Source: a virus. Taken from it: a DNA stretch of 56,185 nucleotides. The first letter of the stretch is position 1; every line of letters begins with the position of its first letter. The translations under genes and the position numbers were made by a program. The notes beneath the pieces were generated by a model that saw only the letters and a list, made by a program, of their open reading frames with translations, did no database searches and was not told the DNA's origin. The DNA is taken from positions 1-56,185 of the IMG/VR virus record IMGVR_UViG_3300048080_000167. One strand, written 5' to 3'. Positions 16,275 through 23,770 of this stretch are shown piece by piece.

Positions 16275-16658
16275 TTAGCTCCGAAAAGGTCGGCCGTCCG
16301 ACCGGGTGCGTTGAGAATCGGGCAGGCGCTCCTCGGGGCGTGCGGCCCCGGCGCAGGCTCGCTCGCAGGCTTCGCCCTCGACGTCCGGCGCCCGGCGCCA
16401 GAGCGGGGTCGATGCGCTCGCGCCCGAGTAGTGGGTGGCCGGCTCGCCGGGCGCGCCCGACGTCGACACCTGGAGCCGACCGCTCGAGAGCCGGGTAACG
16501 GTCGCGAGCGCGACCATCCGGTAGTCCCCGCGCTGCGTGGGCCCCGGACCCTGCCCGCGGCGCTCGATCCAGAGGCCGTGGAGCTTCGCGCCCGTCACCG
16601 TGCCCCGAGCCGGGGGGGCGACTTCGCCAAGCGTGCCTGCGGGGTTGAACGTCGCCAT
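16275..16658 (-). CDS. Hypothetical protein
   Basis: 127-aa ORF, the only long ORF across this stretch in operon orientation. Confidence 0.5.
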   Translation of the reverse strand: MATFNPAGTLGEVAPPARGTVTGAKLHGLWIERRGQGPGPTQRGDYRMVALATVTRLSSGRLQVSTSGAPGEPATHYSGASASTPLWRRAPDVEGEACERACAGAARPEERLPDSQRTRSDGRPFRS

Positions 16659-16661
16659 CGG

Positions 16662-16880
16662 CTACTCCTGCTCGCGCCGGGGGCCCACGGCGTGCTCGAG
16701 GCACCGGGCGCCCATCTCGCGCGTGACCACTCGGGGGAAAATCGGCTCCCCGCACGTTTCGCAGAGCCGGGCGCGTCGGCGCTCGAGGCGCGCGGCGTGC
16801 TCTGCCAGCGCGGTCTCCCGGGCGCGTCGGCGCTCTGCCTGCTCCACCAGCCTGTCGTTCATCGCCTTCGTCGTGCTCAT
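16662..16880 (-). CDS. Small protein starting MSTTK, degenerate TraR/DksA-like zinc-finger C-terminus
   Basis: The ATG lies inside the conserved leader element. CETCGEPI.P........RCLEH partly matches the C4 DksA/TraR finger. Confidence 0.55.
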   Translation of the reverse strand: MSTTKAMNDRLVEQAERRRARETALAEHAARLERRRARLCETCGEPIFPRVVTREMGARCLEHAVGPRREQE

Positions 16881-16947
16881 GCTCTTCTCTTCGGCAGCAT
16901 GCGCCCCGGAGTGAAGCTCCTCCACTCCGAGGCTCAGCTCCCGGCTA
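16881..16947 (-). promoter_or_regulatory. Conserved leader element, copy A (stop codon TAG through ATG)
   Basis: Minus-strand sense: GCTAGCCGGGAGCTGAGCCTCGGAGTGGAGGAGCTTCACTCCGGGGCGCATGCTGCCGAAGAGAAGAGCATG. Near-identical to copy E (38345..38416). Confidence 0.8.
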
Positions 16948-17190
16948 GCGCTCCTGCCGGGCCCGGGCGTCGGCCTCGACCGAGCCCTCGAAGTCCTCCG
17001 CGATCGCGGCGAGCTTCGCGTCGAGCCGGGCAAGGCTCGCGCCGAGCCAGGGGCGATCGGTCGGCGTCGCGCGCAGGTACTCCCGGAGCGTGCTCTGCGC
17101 GGCGACCAGGAAGCTGACGTCGAAAGCGTTGACGGCGTGCGAGACGGCGCGAGCTTCGTTCAGGTTCATCGCGTTCCCCTTCGTGCTCAT
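16945..17190 (-). CDS. Small protein starting MSTKGN
   Basis: The ATG is embedded in leader copy B. 81 aa. Confidence 0.55.
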   Translation of the reverse strand: MSTKGNAMNLNEARAVSHAVNAFDVSFLVAAQSTLREYLRATPTDRPWLGASLARLDAKLAAIAEDFEGSVEADARARQER

Positions 17191-17284
17191 GCTTTCTTCT
17201 CGGCAGCTTCCTGCCGGAAGTGAAGCCCCGCCACGCCGATGCGCAACTCCGGGCTCGAGCTCCGCGCCCCTATTAGCCCCACGT
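17191..17284 (-). promoter_or_regulatory. Conserved leader element, copy B
   Basis: Minus-strand sense: ...GAGCCCGGAGTTGCGCATCGGCGTGGCGGGGCTTCACTTCCGGCAGGAAGCTGCCGAGAAGAAAGCATG. Confidence 0.75.
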
Positions 17285-17665
17285 CTAGTCAATCTCTCTC
17301 CGGCTGAGATGGGGGGAACGCTCCCGGCCGCTCCTGCTCACGCAGCGATCGCCGGGGAAAGCCCGGCAGGTCGGGCACTGGCGCCAGCGCGCGCGCTTCG
17401 CCTCGGCGAGCCCGGCGCGCCTGCGCGCGAAGGCTTCCCGACGGGCCCGGGCGCGCGCGTCGCGTTCCGAGCGATCCTCGGCCGCGGGCACCGAGAAGAC
17501 GTGCGCGAGCAGATCGGGATAGAGCCGGCCCCGGCTCTCGGCCGAGCAGGTGAGGCAACGCTTGCACGTCTCCTGCCAGCGGTTCCCCTGCTCGTCGATC
17601 CCTTGCTCGGGGCGCTCGAGCGCGACGCGCGCCCAACGGTGGCGATGCGGGACGGCGACCGGCAT
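17285..17665 (-). CDS. Zinc-finger-containing hypothetical protein
   Basis: An internal ATG gives MPVAVPHRHRW... Motifs CKRCLTC and CPTC...C. The stop abuts leader copy B. Confidence 0.5.
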   Translation of the reverse strand: MPVAVPHRHRWARVALERPEQGIDEQGNRWQETCKRCLTCSAESRGRLYPDLLAHVFSVPAAEDRSERDARARARREAFARRRAGLAEAKRARWRQCPTCRAFPGDRCVSRSGRERSPHLSRREID

Positions 17666-17667
17666 GG

Positions 17668-17913
17668 CTACTCGGCCCGGGCGCCGGTCGGCACCGTGTT
17701 GTCGTCCTGCTCGTCGAAGCAGCAGCCTTCCGCGATCGACTCGAGCACGTCGCGCAGGAGCCCGCGTCCTCGCTTCATCCGACTCCAGCCGACCGGATAG
17801 CGCTCGGCGTAGGCCCGGAGCGCCTGCGCCAGCTTGCTTCGGAAGTCCTCGGGGGCCTCGTCGATGCACTCGAAGAGCGCCCACGCCAGCTCCTCTCGGG
17901 GGGTCATCGCCAT
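17668..17913 (-). CDS. Hypothetical acidic small protein
   Basis: 81-aa ORF; its stop (17668..17670) lies 2 nt upstream of the start codon of the next gene in the operon (ATG at 17665). Confidence 0.5.
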   Translation of the reverse strand: MAMTPREELAWALFECIDEAPEDFRSKLAQALRAYAERYPVGWSRMKRGRGLLRDVLESIAEGCCFDEQDDNTVPTGARAE

Positions 17914-17922
17914 CTTCGTCTC

Positions 17923-18147
17923 CTACCTGAGATCGCGCGCGACTCGGCGCGCCGTCTCGACCAGGGGGGTGTTGTCCAGCCCGAGCACGTCGGCCAGCGC
18001 CGCCTTGCCCACGAGCCAGAGCACCTTCGCTTCCGTCGGCGTCACCGGGTGGCCGGCGTCCGCGAGCGCGTCATGCAGCTCCCGGACTTCGCCGGCGACC
18101 TGCGCGTTGAAGGCATCCATCTTCATCTTCGTCGTCTTCGTGCTCAT
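17923..18147 (-). CDS. Small protein starting MSTKTTK
   Basis: The ATG is embedded in leader copy C. 74 aa. Confidence 0.55.
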   Translation of the reverse strand: MSTKTTKMKMDAFNAQVAGEVRELHDALADAGHPVTPTEAKVLWLVGKAALADVLGLDNTPLVETARRVARDLR

Positions 18148-18212
18148 GCTCTCTTCTCGGCAGCTCCGGGCAGGAAGTGAAGTGGCCCCACTCCGAGGCG
18201 CAACTCCGGGGG
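18148..18212 (-). promoter_or_regulatory. Conserved leader element, copy C
   Basis: Minus-strand sense: (TAG)CCCCCGGAGTTGCGCCTCGGAGTGGGGCCACTTCACTTCCTGCCCGGAGCTGCCGAGAAGAGAGCATG. Confidence 0.75.
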
Positions 18213-18485
18213 CTACGGCCCGGCCGGGCCGTTCCGGTAGCCGATCGCCCGGACCTGCACGTTGCGGCCGCCGGCCGTCTCGTGAAAGCTCGGGACCGTC
18301 GCCGTGTAGAAGATGACGGCGGCGCGCACGACGTCGCGCAGGTAGCACGGGACCACGGCGCAGATCGGCGCTCGCCAGTCCTCGGGGGTCGCGACCCGAT
18401 CGAAGGCATCCCTGAGACAGCTCTCGCAGTAGCGCTCCGTCGAGCACACGGGGGGATTCTCGCACTTGGGGACGGCGCAGGGCAC
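18213..18485 (-). CDS. Hypothetical protein with Cys-rich N-terminus
   Basis: 90 aa with CAVPKC...C....C..C. The stop TAG forms the 5' edge of leader copy C. Confidence 0.5.
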   Translation of the reverse strand: MPCAVPKCENPPVCSTERYCESCLRDAFDRVATPEDWRAPICAVVPCYLRDVVRAAVIFYTATVPSFHETAGGRNVQVRAIGYRNGPAGP

Positions 18486-18518
18486 GGTAGTCTCCGGGCG
18501 GCTCGAGGCCGCGTAGGG

Positions 18519-18713
18519 TTAGGCTTCCAGGGTCGCGTCGGCGATCATCTCGCGGAGCACCGTCTCGAGCGTCGCGCGCTCGCGACCCGAGATCCGGCTC
18601 AGCAGTCGCGCGAAGCGCTCCTGCGCCTCGTCGGGCCGAGCGCGCAGGTTATCGGCTACCCAGCGCAGCTCGTCGTAGTCGCCGTCGGTCATCGTCTTCG
18701 TCTTCGTGCTCAT
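18519..18713 (-). CDS. Small protein starting MSTKTKT (first gene of the leftward early operon)
   Basis: Shares the CCGA(T)AAGAGAGCATGAGCACGAAGACG core with leader copies A-C and E. 64 aa. Confidence 0.55.
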   Translation of the reverse strand: MSTKTKTMTDGDYDELRWVADNLRARPDEAQERFARLLSRISGRERATLETVLREMIADATLEA

Positions 18714-18875
18714 GCTCTCTTATCGGAACGCTCGGCCGGAAACTTTAGCCCCCCCGCTCGCGGTAACGGTTTCCGCTTGTCCGACCGCAAAATGTGTCAC
18801 TTGCGTCTCGCCGAGCCCCTGCCGGCCCGCGCCGTCAGCTCCGGGCTGGCACGGCGCTTGCTTCTACTACGTGGC
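18714..18875. promoter_or_regulatory. Divergent early control region between the leftward (18713) and rightward (18876) operons
   Basis: 162 bp with no ORF. Contains a minus-strand TAAAGT -10-like hexamer (18742..18747), a 7-bp inverted repeat cggaaac/gtttccg (18737..18743 and 18769..18775), and a sigma-54-like site. Confidence 0.6.
18847..18862 (+). promoter_or_regulatory. Sigma-54-type -24/-12 promoter consensus (TGGCACGgcgcTTGCT)
   Basis: Full match to TGGCACG-N4-TTGCW. The GC of the -12 element lies about 15 nt upstream of ATG 18876. I found no second full match on either strand. Confidence 0.45.
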
Positions 18876-19127
18876 ATGAGCGAAAGCAAGCGACTGCCGA
18901 AGGGCTCCCGAGTTGCGATCCGCACCACGAATGGCGGCTTCGTCGTCGGCACGCTCTCGGCAGACTACGTGCCGACCTATCGCGTCGAGATCGACGAGGC
19001 GGCGCTGCCGATCCCGGCGGAGCGCTTGCTCGCCGTCGACCCGCTGCCCGACGCGCAGGCGCGCGCTCTCGTCGATCCCTGCTGGGCCGCCCTGCTCTCG
19101 GGCTACGCGCTCGCGACCGGGGCCTAA
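18876..19127 (+). CDS. Hypothetical small protein (first gene of the rightward operon)
   Basis: The ATG gives MSESKRLPKGSRVAIRTTNGGFVVG... High GC3. No clear SD, so the mRNA may be near-leaderless. Confidence 0.5.
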   Translation: MSESKRLPKGSRVAIRTTNGGFVVGTLSADYVPTYRVEIDEAALPIPAERLLAVDPLPDAQARALVDPCWAALLSGYALATGA

Positions 19128-19180
19128 AGCTTCGCGCCGATCCTGCCGAAGAGCAGGTTAGGCAAAGAGAGGAGACGAAA

Positions 19181-19273
19181 ATGGGACGCGCACTCGTGAT
19201 GCTGGGTTTCGGGCTCGGCTTCTACTTCGTGCTACTGCGCCCGATGCTGGCGCTCATCCCGGACGTCCAGTGA
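19181..19273 (+). CDS. 30-aa hydrophobic micro-protein (MGRALVMLGFGLGFYFVLLRPMLALIPDVQ)
   Basis: Strong RBS gagaggag, 7 nt, then ATG. One predicted membrane helix. The stop overlaps the next start (GTGA). Confidence 0.5.
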   Translation: MGRALVMLGFGLGFYFVLLRPMLALIPDVQ

Positions 19274-19482
19274 GCCCCGTGCTCGATCTGGATGTGGCTC
19301 TCGATCTCGGGCAGACGGTCGCCGACGCGATCTCGGCGGTGATCGGGCCCGAGGCCGACGAGGTGCAGGCGACCGTGCTGGAGCGCTCCGGCCCTGGAGG
19401 CGGCTGGCCGCTCGTGCGGTTCGAGGGCCCGGCCGACGCGCTCGCCCGGCTCGAGGCGCGCTACGACGGAGAGACGCCGTGA
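19270..19482 (+). CDS. Hypothetical acidic small protein
   Basis: 70 aa, with GTGA overlaps at both ends. Confidence 0.5.
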   Translation: MSPVLDLDVALDLGQTVADAISAVIGPEADEVQATVLERSGPGGGWPLVRFEGPADALARLEARYDGETP

Positions 19483-19877
19483 GCGCCCTACCCCTGCCCT
19501 GCGAAGCCTGCCAGCAGTCGCTGGCCGAGTACGGCGAAGGCTTCGTGCGGAACGCTATCGCGCGAGTGAGCGTGACCGATCCGGATGGCGTGGTGCTACT
19601 CACCTTCGCAACCTGCGCCGAATGCGCGCCGGGCCAGATGGTCGACGTCGAGTCGGAGATCGACAAGGCCGAGCGACGCCGAGTCGCCGAGGCCGGCGGG
19701 CTCCGGCTCGCCTGCCCCGAGTGCCAGAGCCCACTCTCTCTCGAGTGCCCCTGCGACGGCTCACGGTTCGAGGACCGAAGCGCTCGCCCGTTCGGGCACG
19801 GAATCGAGTGTGACTACGGGCACACGCGCATCTGCGGTGGGTGCTCCTGGGGCGAAGGGTCGGCGTCTCGCCGATGA
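19479..19877 (+). CDS. Cys-rich (multi zinc-ribbon-like) hypothetical protein
   Basis: 132 aa with CEAC, CAEC, CPEC, C.C and CGGC pairs. Confidence 0.55.
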   Translation: MSALPLPCEACQQSLAEYGEGFVRNAIARVSVTDPDGVVLLTFATCAECAPGQMVDVESEIDKAERRRVAEAGGLRLACPECQSPLSLECPCDGSRFEDRSARPFGHGIECDYGHTRICGGCSWGEGSASRR

Positions 19878-19951
19878 CGATCTAGGGGCCGAGGCCGACG
19901 GGCCCGGGCGCAGGCTCGGGCTCGTCGCCGGCCCGGTGAAAGGGAGAGCCA

Positions 19952-20020
19952 GTGAGCGTCGAGCGCATCTTTCGCGCCGTGCTCTGCGCGCTCCTGCGCG
20001 TGCTCGGGGCCGAGCAATGA
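19952..20020 (+). CDS. 22-aa micro-ORF (VSVERIFRAVLCALLRVLGAEQ), tentative
   Basis: RBS agggagag followed by GTG. The stop overlaps ATG 20017 (ATGA). Confidence 0.3.
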   Translation: MSVERIFRAVLCALLRVLGAEQ

Positions 20021-20226
20021 GAACGCGTGGGCTCATCGGTCGGCGGCTCGTCGGTGTGCGCCAGCAGCGCGCTCGCACGACGTCGGGCCGGCACAGCTGC
20101 GACGTCTCGGCTCTCCTGCTCGAAGGCGGCGTGACGCTCGTGCCTAGCGTCCGAGAGACGGAAGACTCGGGCTATGTAGTCGACTTTCTTGTGGTGCGCG
20201 ACAAGCGCAGGGAGAAACGCTCGTGA
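20017..20226 (+). CDS. Hypothetical small basic protein
   Basis: ATG 20017 within track ORF 19585..20226. Its stop overlaps the next start (GTGA). Confidence 0.4.
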   Translation: MRTRGLIGRRLVGVRQQRARTTSGRHSCDVSALLLEGGVTLVPSVRETEDSGYVVDFLVVRDKRREKRS

Positions 20227-20480
20227 GCTGGCTTGCTCCGTTCCTGGCGATGCCGTGGCTCCGTCTCGACAACGCCGTGCTGCGCGGCGAGTCGGGCTCG
20301 GCCGAGCTGCGCTGCCCCGAGACGGGCGCCGTCGTGCTCGTCACCTATCGTTCTGGCGCCTTCGCTCTCGAGCGCGTCGAGCGCTTGCTCTCCGATCGCC
20401 GGCCCCTGCCCGGCTCGGGAGCGCTCGACGATCCCGAGGAGGCGGTGCAGGCGCTCGTCGACTGGCTGGCGCACGCGTGA
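20223..20480 (+). CDS. Hypothetical small protein
   Basis: 85-aa ORF with GTGA coupling on both sides. Confidence 0.5.
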   Translation: MSWLAPFLAMPWLRLDNAVLRGESGSAELRCPETGAVVLVTYRSGAFALERVERLLSDRRPLPGSGALDDPEEAVQALVDWLAHA

Positions 20481-20656
20481 GCGCTCCGGCCGAGCACGAC
20501 TGGCCCTCGCACGTCGCCCGCGCGCTCGACGCGTGCGACGCCGGGCGCCCCGGCGCGCTCGGCCATCTCGAGCGCGTGCTGCTCGCCTGCTCCCGGCTGA
20601 CCGACCTGCCGGAGGTAGACGTGCTCGAGGAGGGGGCCCGTGCCCGCACGCTCTAG
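20477..20656 (+). CDS. Hypothetical small protein
   Basis: GTG at 20477 overlaps the upstream stop. 59 aa. Confidence 0.4.
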   Translation: MSAPAEHDWPSHVARALDACDAGRPGALGHLERVLLACSRLTDLPEVDVLEEGARARTL

Positions 20657-21002
20657 CGCTCATCGGCTCCGGCGAGCCGTCGTCGTCGTCGTGCTCATCC
20701 GTGACCACGCAGGGCCCGATCCTAGGCTCTTTCGGGCGGACTACGGGCTCGAGTGCGGGCATCGCTGCTCGGCCCGGGTCGGCCCGTCCGCCGCGCTTCC
20801 GGATAGTCTGCTCTGCCCCGACTGCCGGCCGATACGCAGCTCCACTCGGAAGCCGCCCCGGCCCGGCCGAGCTTCGCGCGCTCCTGTTCTCGAGAGCTTC
20901 ACTTCCGCAGCGTCAGCGCCGATAAGTGAAGCACGCGCTGGCTCCGGGGCCCGGAGGTCCCGAACCCCCGGAGCCGGCAGAGGAGAACACAATGGCTCAT
21001 GA
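20640..21002 (+). CDS. Hypothetical protein with zinc-ribbon-like C..H..C...C..C (uncertain 3' part)
   Basis: GC3 is high for the first ~75 codons. The tail runs through the hairpin/leader upstream of the DUF932 gene. Confidence 0.35.
   Translation: MPARSSAHRLRRAVVVVVLIRDHAGPDPRLFRADYGLECGHRCSARVGPSAALPDSLLCPDCRPIRSSTRKPPRPGRASRAPVLESFTSAASAPISEARAGSGARRSRTPGAGRGEHNGS
20897..20931 (+). promoter_or_regulatory. Hairpin CTTCACTT-N19-AAGTGAAG upstream of the DUF932 gene; shares the CTTCACTTCC core of the minus-strand leader elements
   Basis: 8-bp perfect inverted repeat, 60 nt upstream of ATG 20992. GAGAGCTTCACTTCCGCAG resembles GGAGCTTCACTCCGGGG of copies A and E. Confidence 0.4.
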
Positions 21003-22008
21003 AGTCGAAACTCTCGCCTACGTCGGGCAGGTGCCGTGGCACGGGCTCGGCGTGTACCTGGGGGACGAGGACGTCACCGGGGAGACGATGCTCGAGCGCG
21101 CCGGGCTCAACTGGACCGTGTCGAAGCGTCCGGTGTTCGCCGAGCTGGCGGACGGCTCGGGGACGTTCCAGGTGCCGGGCTTCTACTCGATCGTCCGCGA
21201 CGATCGGGAGGAAGGCCTCGGCGTGGTCGGCGCCGGCTACGTGCCGGCGCAGAACGCGCACGCGTTCGCCGTGCCGAACGTGCTTCAGGAGGAGCACGCG
21301 ATCCGGTACCACACGGCCGGCTCGCTCCGGGGCGGGCGGATCGTCTTCGCGCTGGCGCAGCTCTCCGACGTCGCGATCAAGCGACTCGGCGAGAAGCGCC
21401 CGGGCGACGTCATCCAGCGCTTCCTGCTCTTCTCGAACACCCACACGGGCAAGCGGGCGATGCTCGTGGGGCTGACCCCCGTGCGCGTCGTCTGCGCGAA
21501 CACGCACGCCGCTGCGCTCTCGGGCGTCGCGAGCTTCCACAAGATCCGCCACGTCGGCGACGTCGCCGGCCGGATCGAAGAGGCCCACCGGGTCCTGCTC
21601 GGCGTCGAGCAGAGCTACGCCGGCTGGCAGGAGCAGATGCAGACGCTCGCCGACGCTCCCATGACCGTTAGCCAGATGCGAAGCTTCTCGGAGAGCCTGC
21701 TGGTGGAGCTGAAGGGTGTGCAGGGCCCGAGCGCCGAGGGCGAGCGCGAGGCTCGCGACTCGGCCGAGAGCCGGGCCAAGACGGTCGACGAGCTGTGCCG
21801 GCTCTTCGAGTCGGGCACGGGCAACTCCGGCGAGAGTCGCTGGGATGCCTTCAACGCCGTCACCGAGTACCTCGATCACGCGCGCAAGCGCCTGGCGACG
21901 TACAAGGCGACGACGGCGAAGCTCGAGCGCCACGCCGAGTCCACCCTCTTCGGCCGGAACCGCCGAGCCAAGACGCGGGCGCTGCGCCTGCTCAAGCGAG
22001 GTGCCTAG
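20992..22008 (+). CDS. DUF932 (phage/plasmid-like TIGR03299-type) protein
   Basis: RBS gaggagaa followed by ATG. VPWHGLG...AGLNWTV.K.P......G.....F.S.VR.D...LG.VG..Y...QN..AF...........T.AGSL.GG.....LA.L matches the DUF932 pattern as I remember it. Confidence 0.7.
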   Translation: MAHEVETLAYVGQVPWHGLGVYLGDEDVTGETMLERAGLNWTVSKRPVFAELADGSGTFQVPGFYSIVRDDREEGLGVVGAGYVPAQNAHAFAVPNVLQEEHAIRYHTAGSLRGGRIVFALAQLSDVAIKRLGEKRPGDVIQRFLLFSNTHTGKRAMLVGLTPVRVVCANTHAAALSGVASFHKIRHVGDVAGRIEEAHRVLLGVEQSYAGWQEQMQTLADAPMTVSQMRSFSESLLVELKGVQGPSAEGEREARDSAESRAKTVDELCRLFESGTGNSGESRWDAFNAVTEYLDHARKRLATYKATTAKLERHAESTLFGRNRRAKTRALRLLKRGA

Positions 22009-22023
22009 ACGACGGAGCCGCCC

Positions 22024-22058
22024 GGGGCTCGCCGGCCGTACCGCCGGCCGGCGGCCCC
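22024..22058 (+). terminator. GC-rich 14-bp stem-loop after the DUF932 gene (possible terminator; no U-tract)
   Basis: GGGGCTCGCCGGCCG-taccgc-CGGCCGGCGGCCCC with one bulged T. It lies in a 102-bp gap. Confidence 0.35.
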
Positions 22059-22110
22059 TCTCGCCCCGAATGCGCTTCACCTCGAGCGCGCTCCGGCCGA
22101 TAGGGGACCC

Positions 22111-22440
22111 ATGCACGATCTCGAGCGAGCGCGTAGCGATGAGTGGCTCCGGTACGCCCGGCTGACGTGCGACGCCGAGGGCGTCTACTCCGTGCGGGCG
22201 CTTAGCTCCCACCCGCTCGGGCTCCTGCGCGAGGGTGGCGGGCTGCATGCGCTCCTACAGCAAGCGGTGGGGCAGGCGCCCCCGGGCTCTCTCGTCGAGT
22301 TGGCCCACGCGCTCGCGCTGGGGCAGCCGATCTCCTGGGGCTGCTGCGTGCGGCGAGACGATCGCGACCCGAGTTTCCGGGCCGAGCTAGCGCAGGCGCT
22401 CCTGAAGCTCTGCGAGGACGACGATGACGACCACGGTTGA
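22111..22440 (+). CDS. Hypothetical protein with acidic C-terminus
   Basis: 109 aa, ending CEDDDDDHG. ATG follows the gap. Confidence 0.5.
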   Translation: MHDLERARSDEWLRYARLTCDAEGVYSVRALSSHPLGLLREGGGLHALLQQAVGQAPPGSLVELAHALALGQPISWGCCVRRDDRDPSFRAELAQALLKLCEDDDDDHG

Positions 22441-22474
22441 CCACGCGCGCGACTCGAGCGCGCAGGAGAACAGC

Positions 22475-23293
22475 ATGACCAAGAGCAAGAGCAAGGCGAC
22501 GAAGGTGGCGGTTCGCAAGGGGGCCACCCTGACGAAGAGCCGGAAGGCGAAGGCCGCCCCGGCGAAGCAGTCGAAGGCGCAGGCGGCGCCGCTCCCGGCC
22601 GGCCGGCCTACGGCGACGCTTCCGAAGGGGGAGCACGTGAAGCTGGTCGCGACCTGCCAGAAGGGCGAGGAGTGGATCACGGGCAAGCGCTGGGTGTGCG
22701 GGATCGAAGGCACGAGCCCGAAGCGCACCGGGATCGTCTTCTGGAAGTATCGCAACCGGACGGCGCAGGAGATCGTCGGGCACCCGAGCGGCTACACCTG
22801 GCGGCTCGACGCTCCCGACGTCGAGAGCCCGGCGCACAAGCGCGCGACCGACCGGGCGGCGCGAGCATTCGTCGCCGGTCGGAAGGAACGCGCGAGCGCC
22901 GGCGGGGCCGGAGGCGAGCCTGCGCCCCGGAAGCCCCGGCAGGCCAAGATGACGAAGAGCCGGCCGGCGCCGAAGAGCAGTCGCAGGAGCCAGCAGGAGA
23001 GCCTGAGCCCCGAAGAGCTCACCGAGCTGACCGAGGCTCTGCCGCCGATGCCCGAGCCGGCCGGGGCGAAACCCCCGACCGATCCGAGCGCCCTGAGCCC
23101 GGGCGATCGGGTCCGGGTGCCCGAGCGCTTCCTGAACGGCGTGAAGCTCGCGCCCTACTCGGGCGAAGTGGTCACCGTCACGAGCGACGAGCACGGGCCG
23201 GTCATCCACGTCCGGAATCGCTCCGGGCAGGTCCGCCTCGCCCGCACGGTGACGCGGACCCGGAAGGCCAAGGCGACGGCCGCGGCCGCCTAA
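22475..23293 (+). CDS. Lys/Ala-rich basic protein (histone H1-like tails, probable DNA binding)
   Basis: RBS ggagaa followed by ATG 22475, giving MTKSKSKATKVAVRKGATLTKSRKAKAAPAKQSKA... The C-terminus is also KAKA-rich. Confidence 0.55.
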   Translation: MTKSKSKATKVAVRKGATLTKSRKAKAAPAKQSKAQAAPLPAGRPTATLPKGEHVKLVATCQKGEEWITGKRWVCGIEGTSPKRTGIVFWKYRNRTAQEIVGHPSGYTWRLDAPDVESPAHKRATDRAARAFVAGRKERASAGGAGGEPAPRKPRQAKMTKSRPAPKSSRRSQQESLSPEELTELTEALPPMPEPAGAKPPTDPSALSPGDRVRVPERFLNGVKLAPYSGEVVTVTSDEHGPVIHVRNRSGQVRLARTVTRTRKAKATAAAA

Positions 23294-23485
23294 CGCTCGA
23301 GCCCCCGGCGCAGGCTGGGAAAATCCCCTAGCCGCGCCGGGCGTCTCGGGCGTAGGATACCGGCAAGGAAGACGAGCCCATGCACGACTATACCCCCCAC
23401 GGACGTGAGAGGAGCCCCGACCCGGGCGCACCGGAGCCGGTGCCTCGGGACCACCCGGGCCGGGGCCACTCCGTCGGAGAGCCTG

Positions 23486-23770
23486 ATGCGGACGATCGAA
23501 CGGCGACTGGCCGAAGCGAAGCTGGAGCTTCGCAAGGCGCAGGCGCACGCGGAAGCCGGAGTGAAGTATCTGCGCGACCTGATGGAAGCGCTCGAGATGC
23601 AGGGCGCGAGCGTGCCCGTGTCCTGGCAGACGCTGGACGAGCTGCTGATGGACGCGGCCGAAGGGGCGCGCCTGACCTGGGATCTCTTCGAGACGGCGCG
23701 GAGCCGTTCCGAGATCGAAGGCAACCTCGAGACGAGCCGGATCAGGGTTGGAAAGTCGCAGGCTGGCTGA
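23486..23770 (+). CDS. Hypothetical coiled-coil protein
   Basis: RBS ggagag followed by ATG 23486. GC3 is high in this frame between 23486 and 23770. Confidence 0.55.
   Translation: MRTIERRLAEAKLELRKAQAHAEAGVKYLRDLMEALEMQGASVPVSWQTLDELLMDAAEGARLTWDLFETARSRSEIEGNLETSRIRVGKSQAG

Noticed and set aside
20899-22248. 449-aa minus-strand ORF opposite the DUF932 gene. Similar long antisense ORFs occur at 22202..23944, 30028..31338, 38775..40343, 40312..41748, 47278..48636, 50421..51695 and 54972..56009.
   Set aside because: They lie antisense to genes with clear family motifs. Their proteins are Arg/Pro/Gly-rich low-complexity sequences of the kind produced by stop-poor GC-rich DNA. They have no RBS or operon logic, so I treat them as shadow ORFs.
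23555-23570. ggagtgaag match to the leader-element core.
   Set aside because: It is an isolated 9-mer inside a plus-strand CDS. None of the flanking conserved blocks are present.
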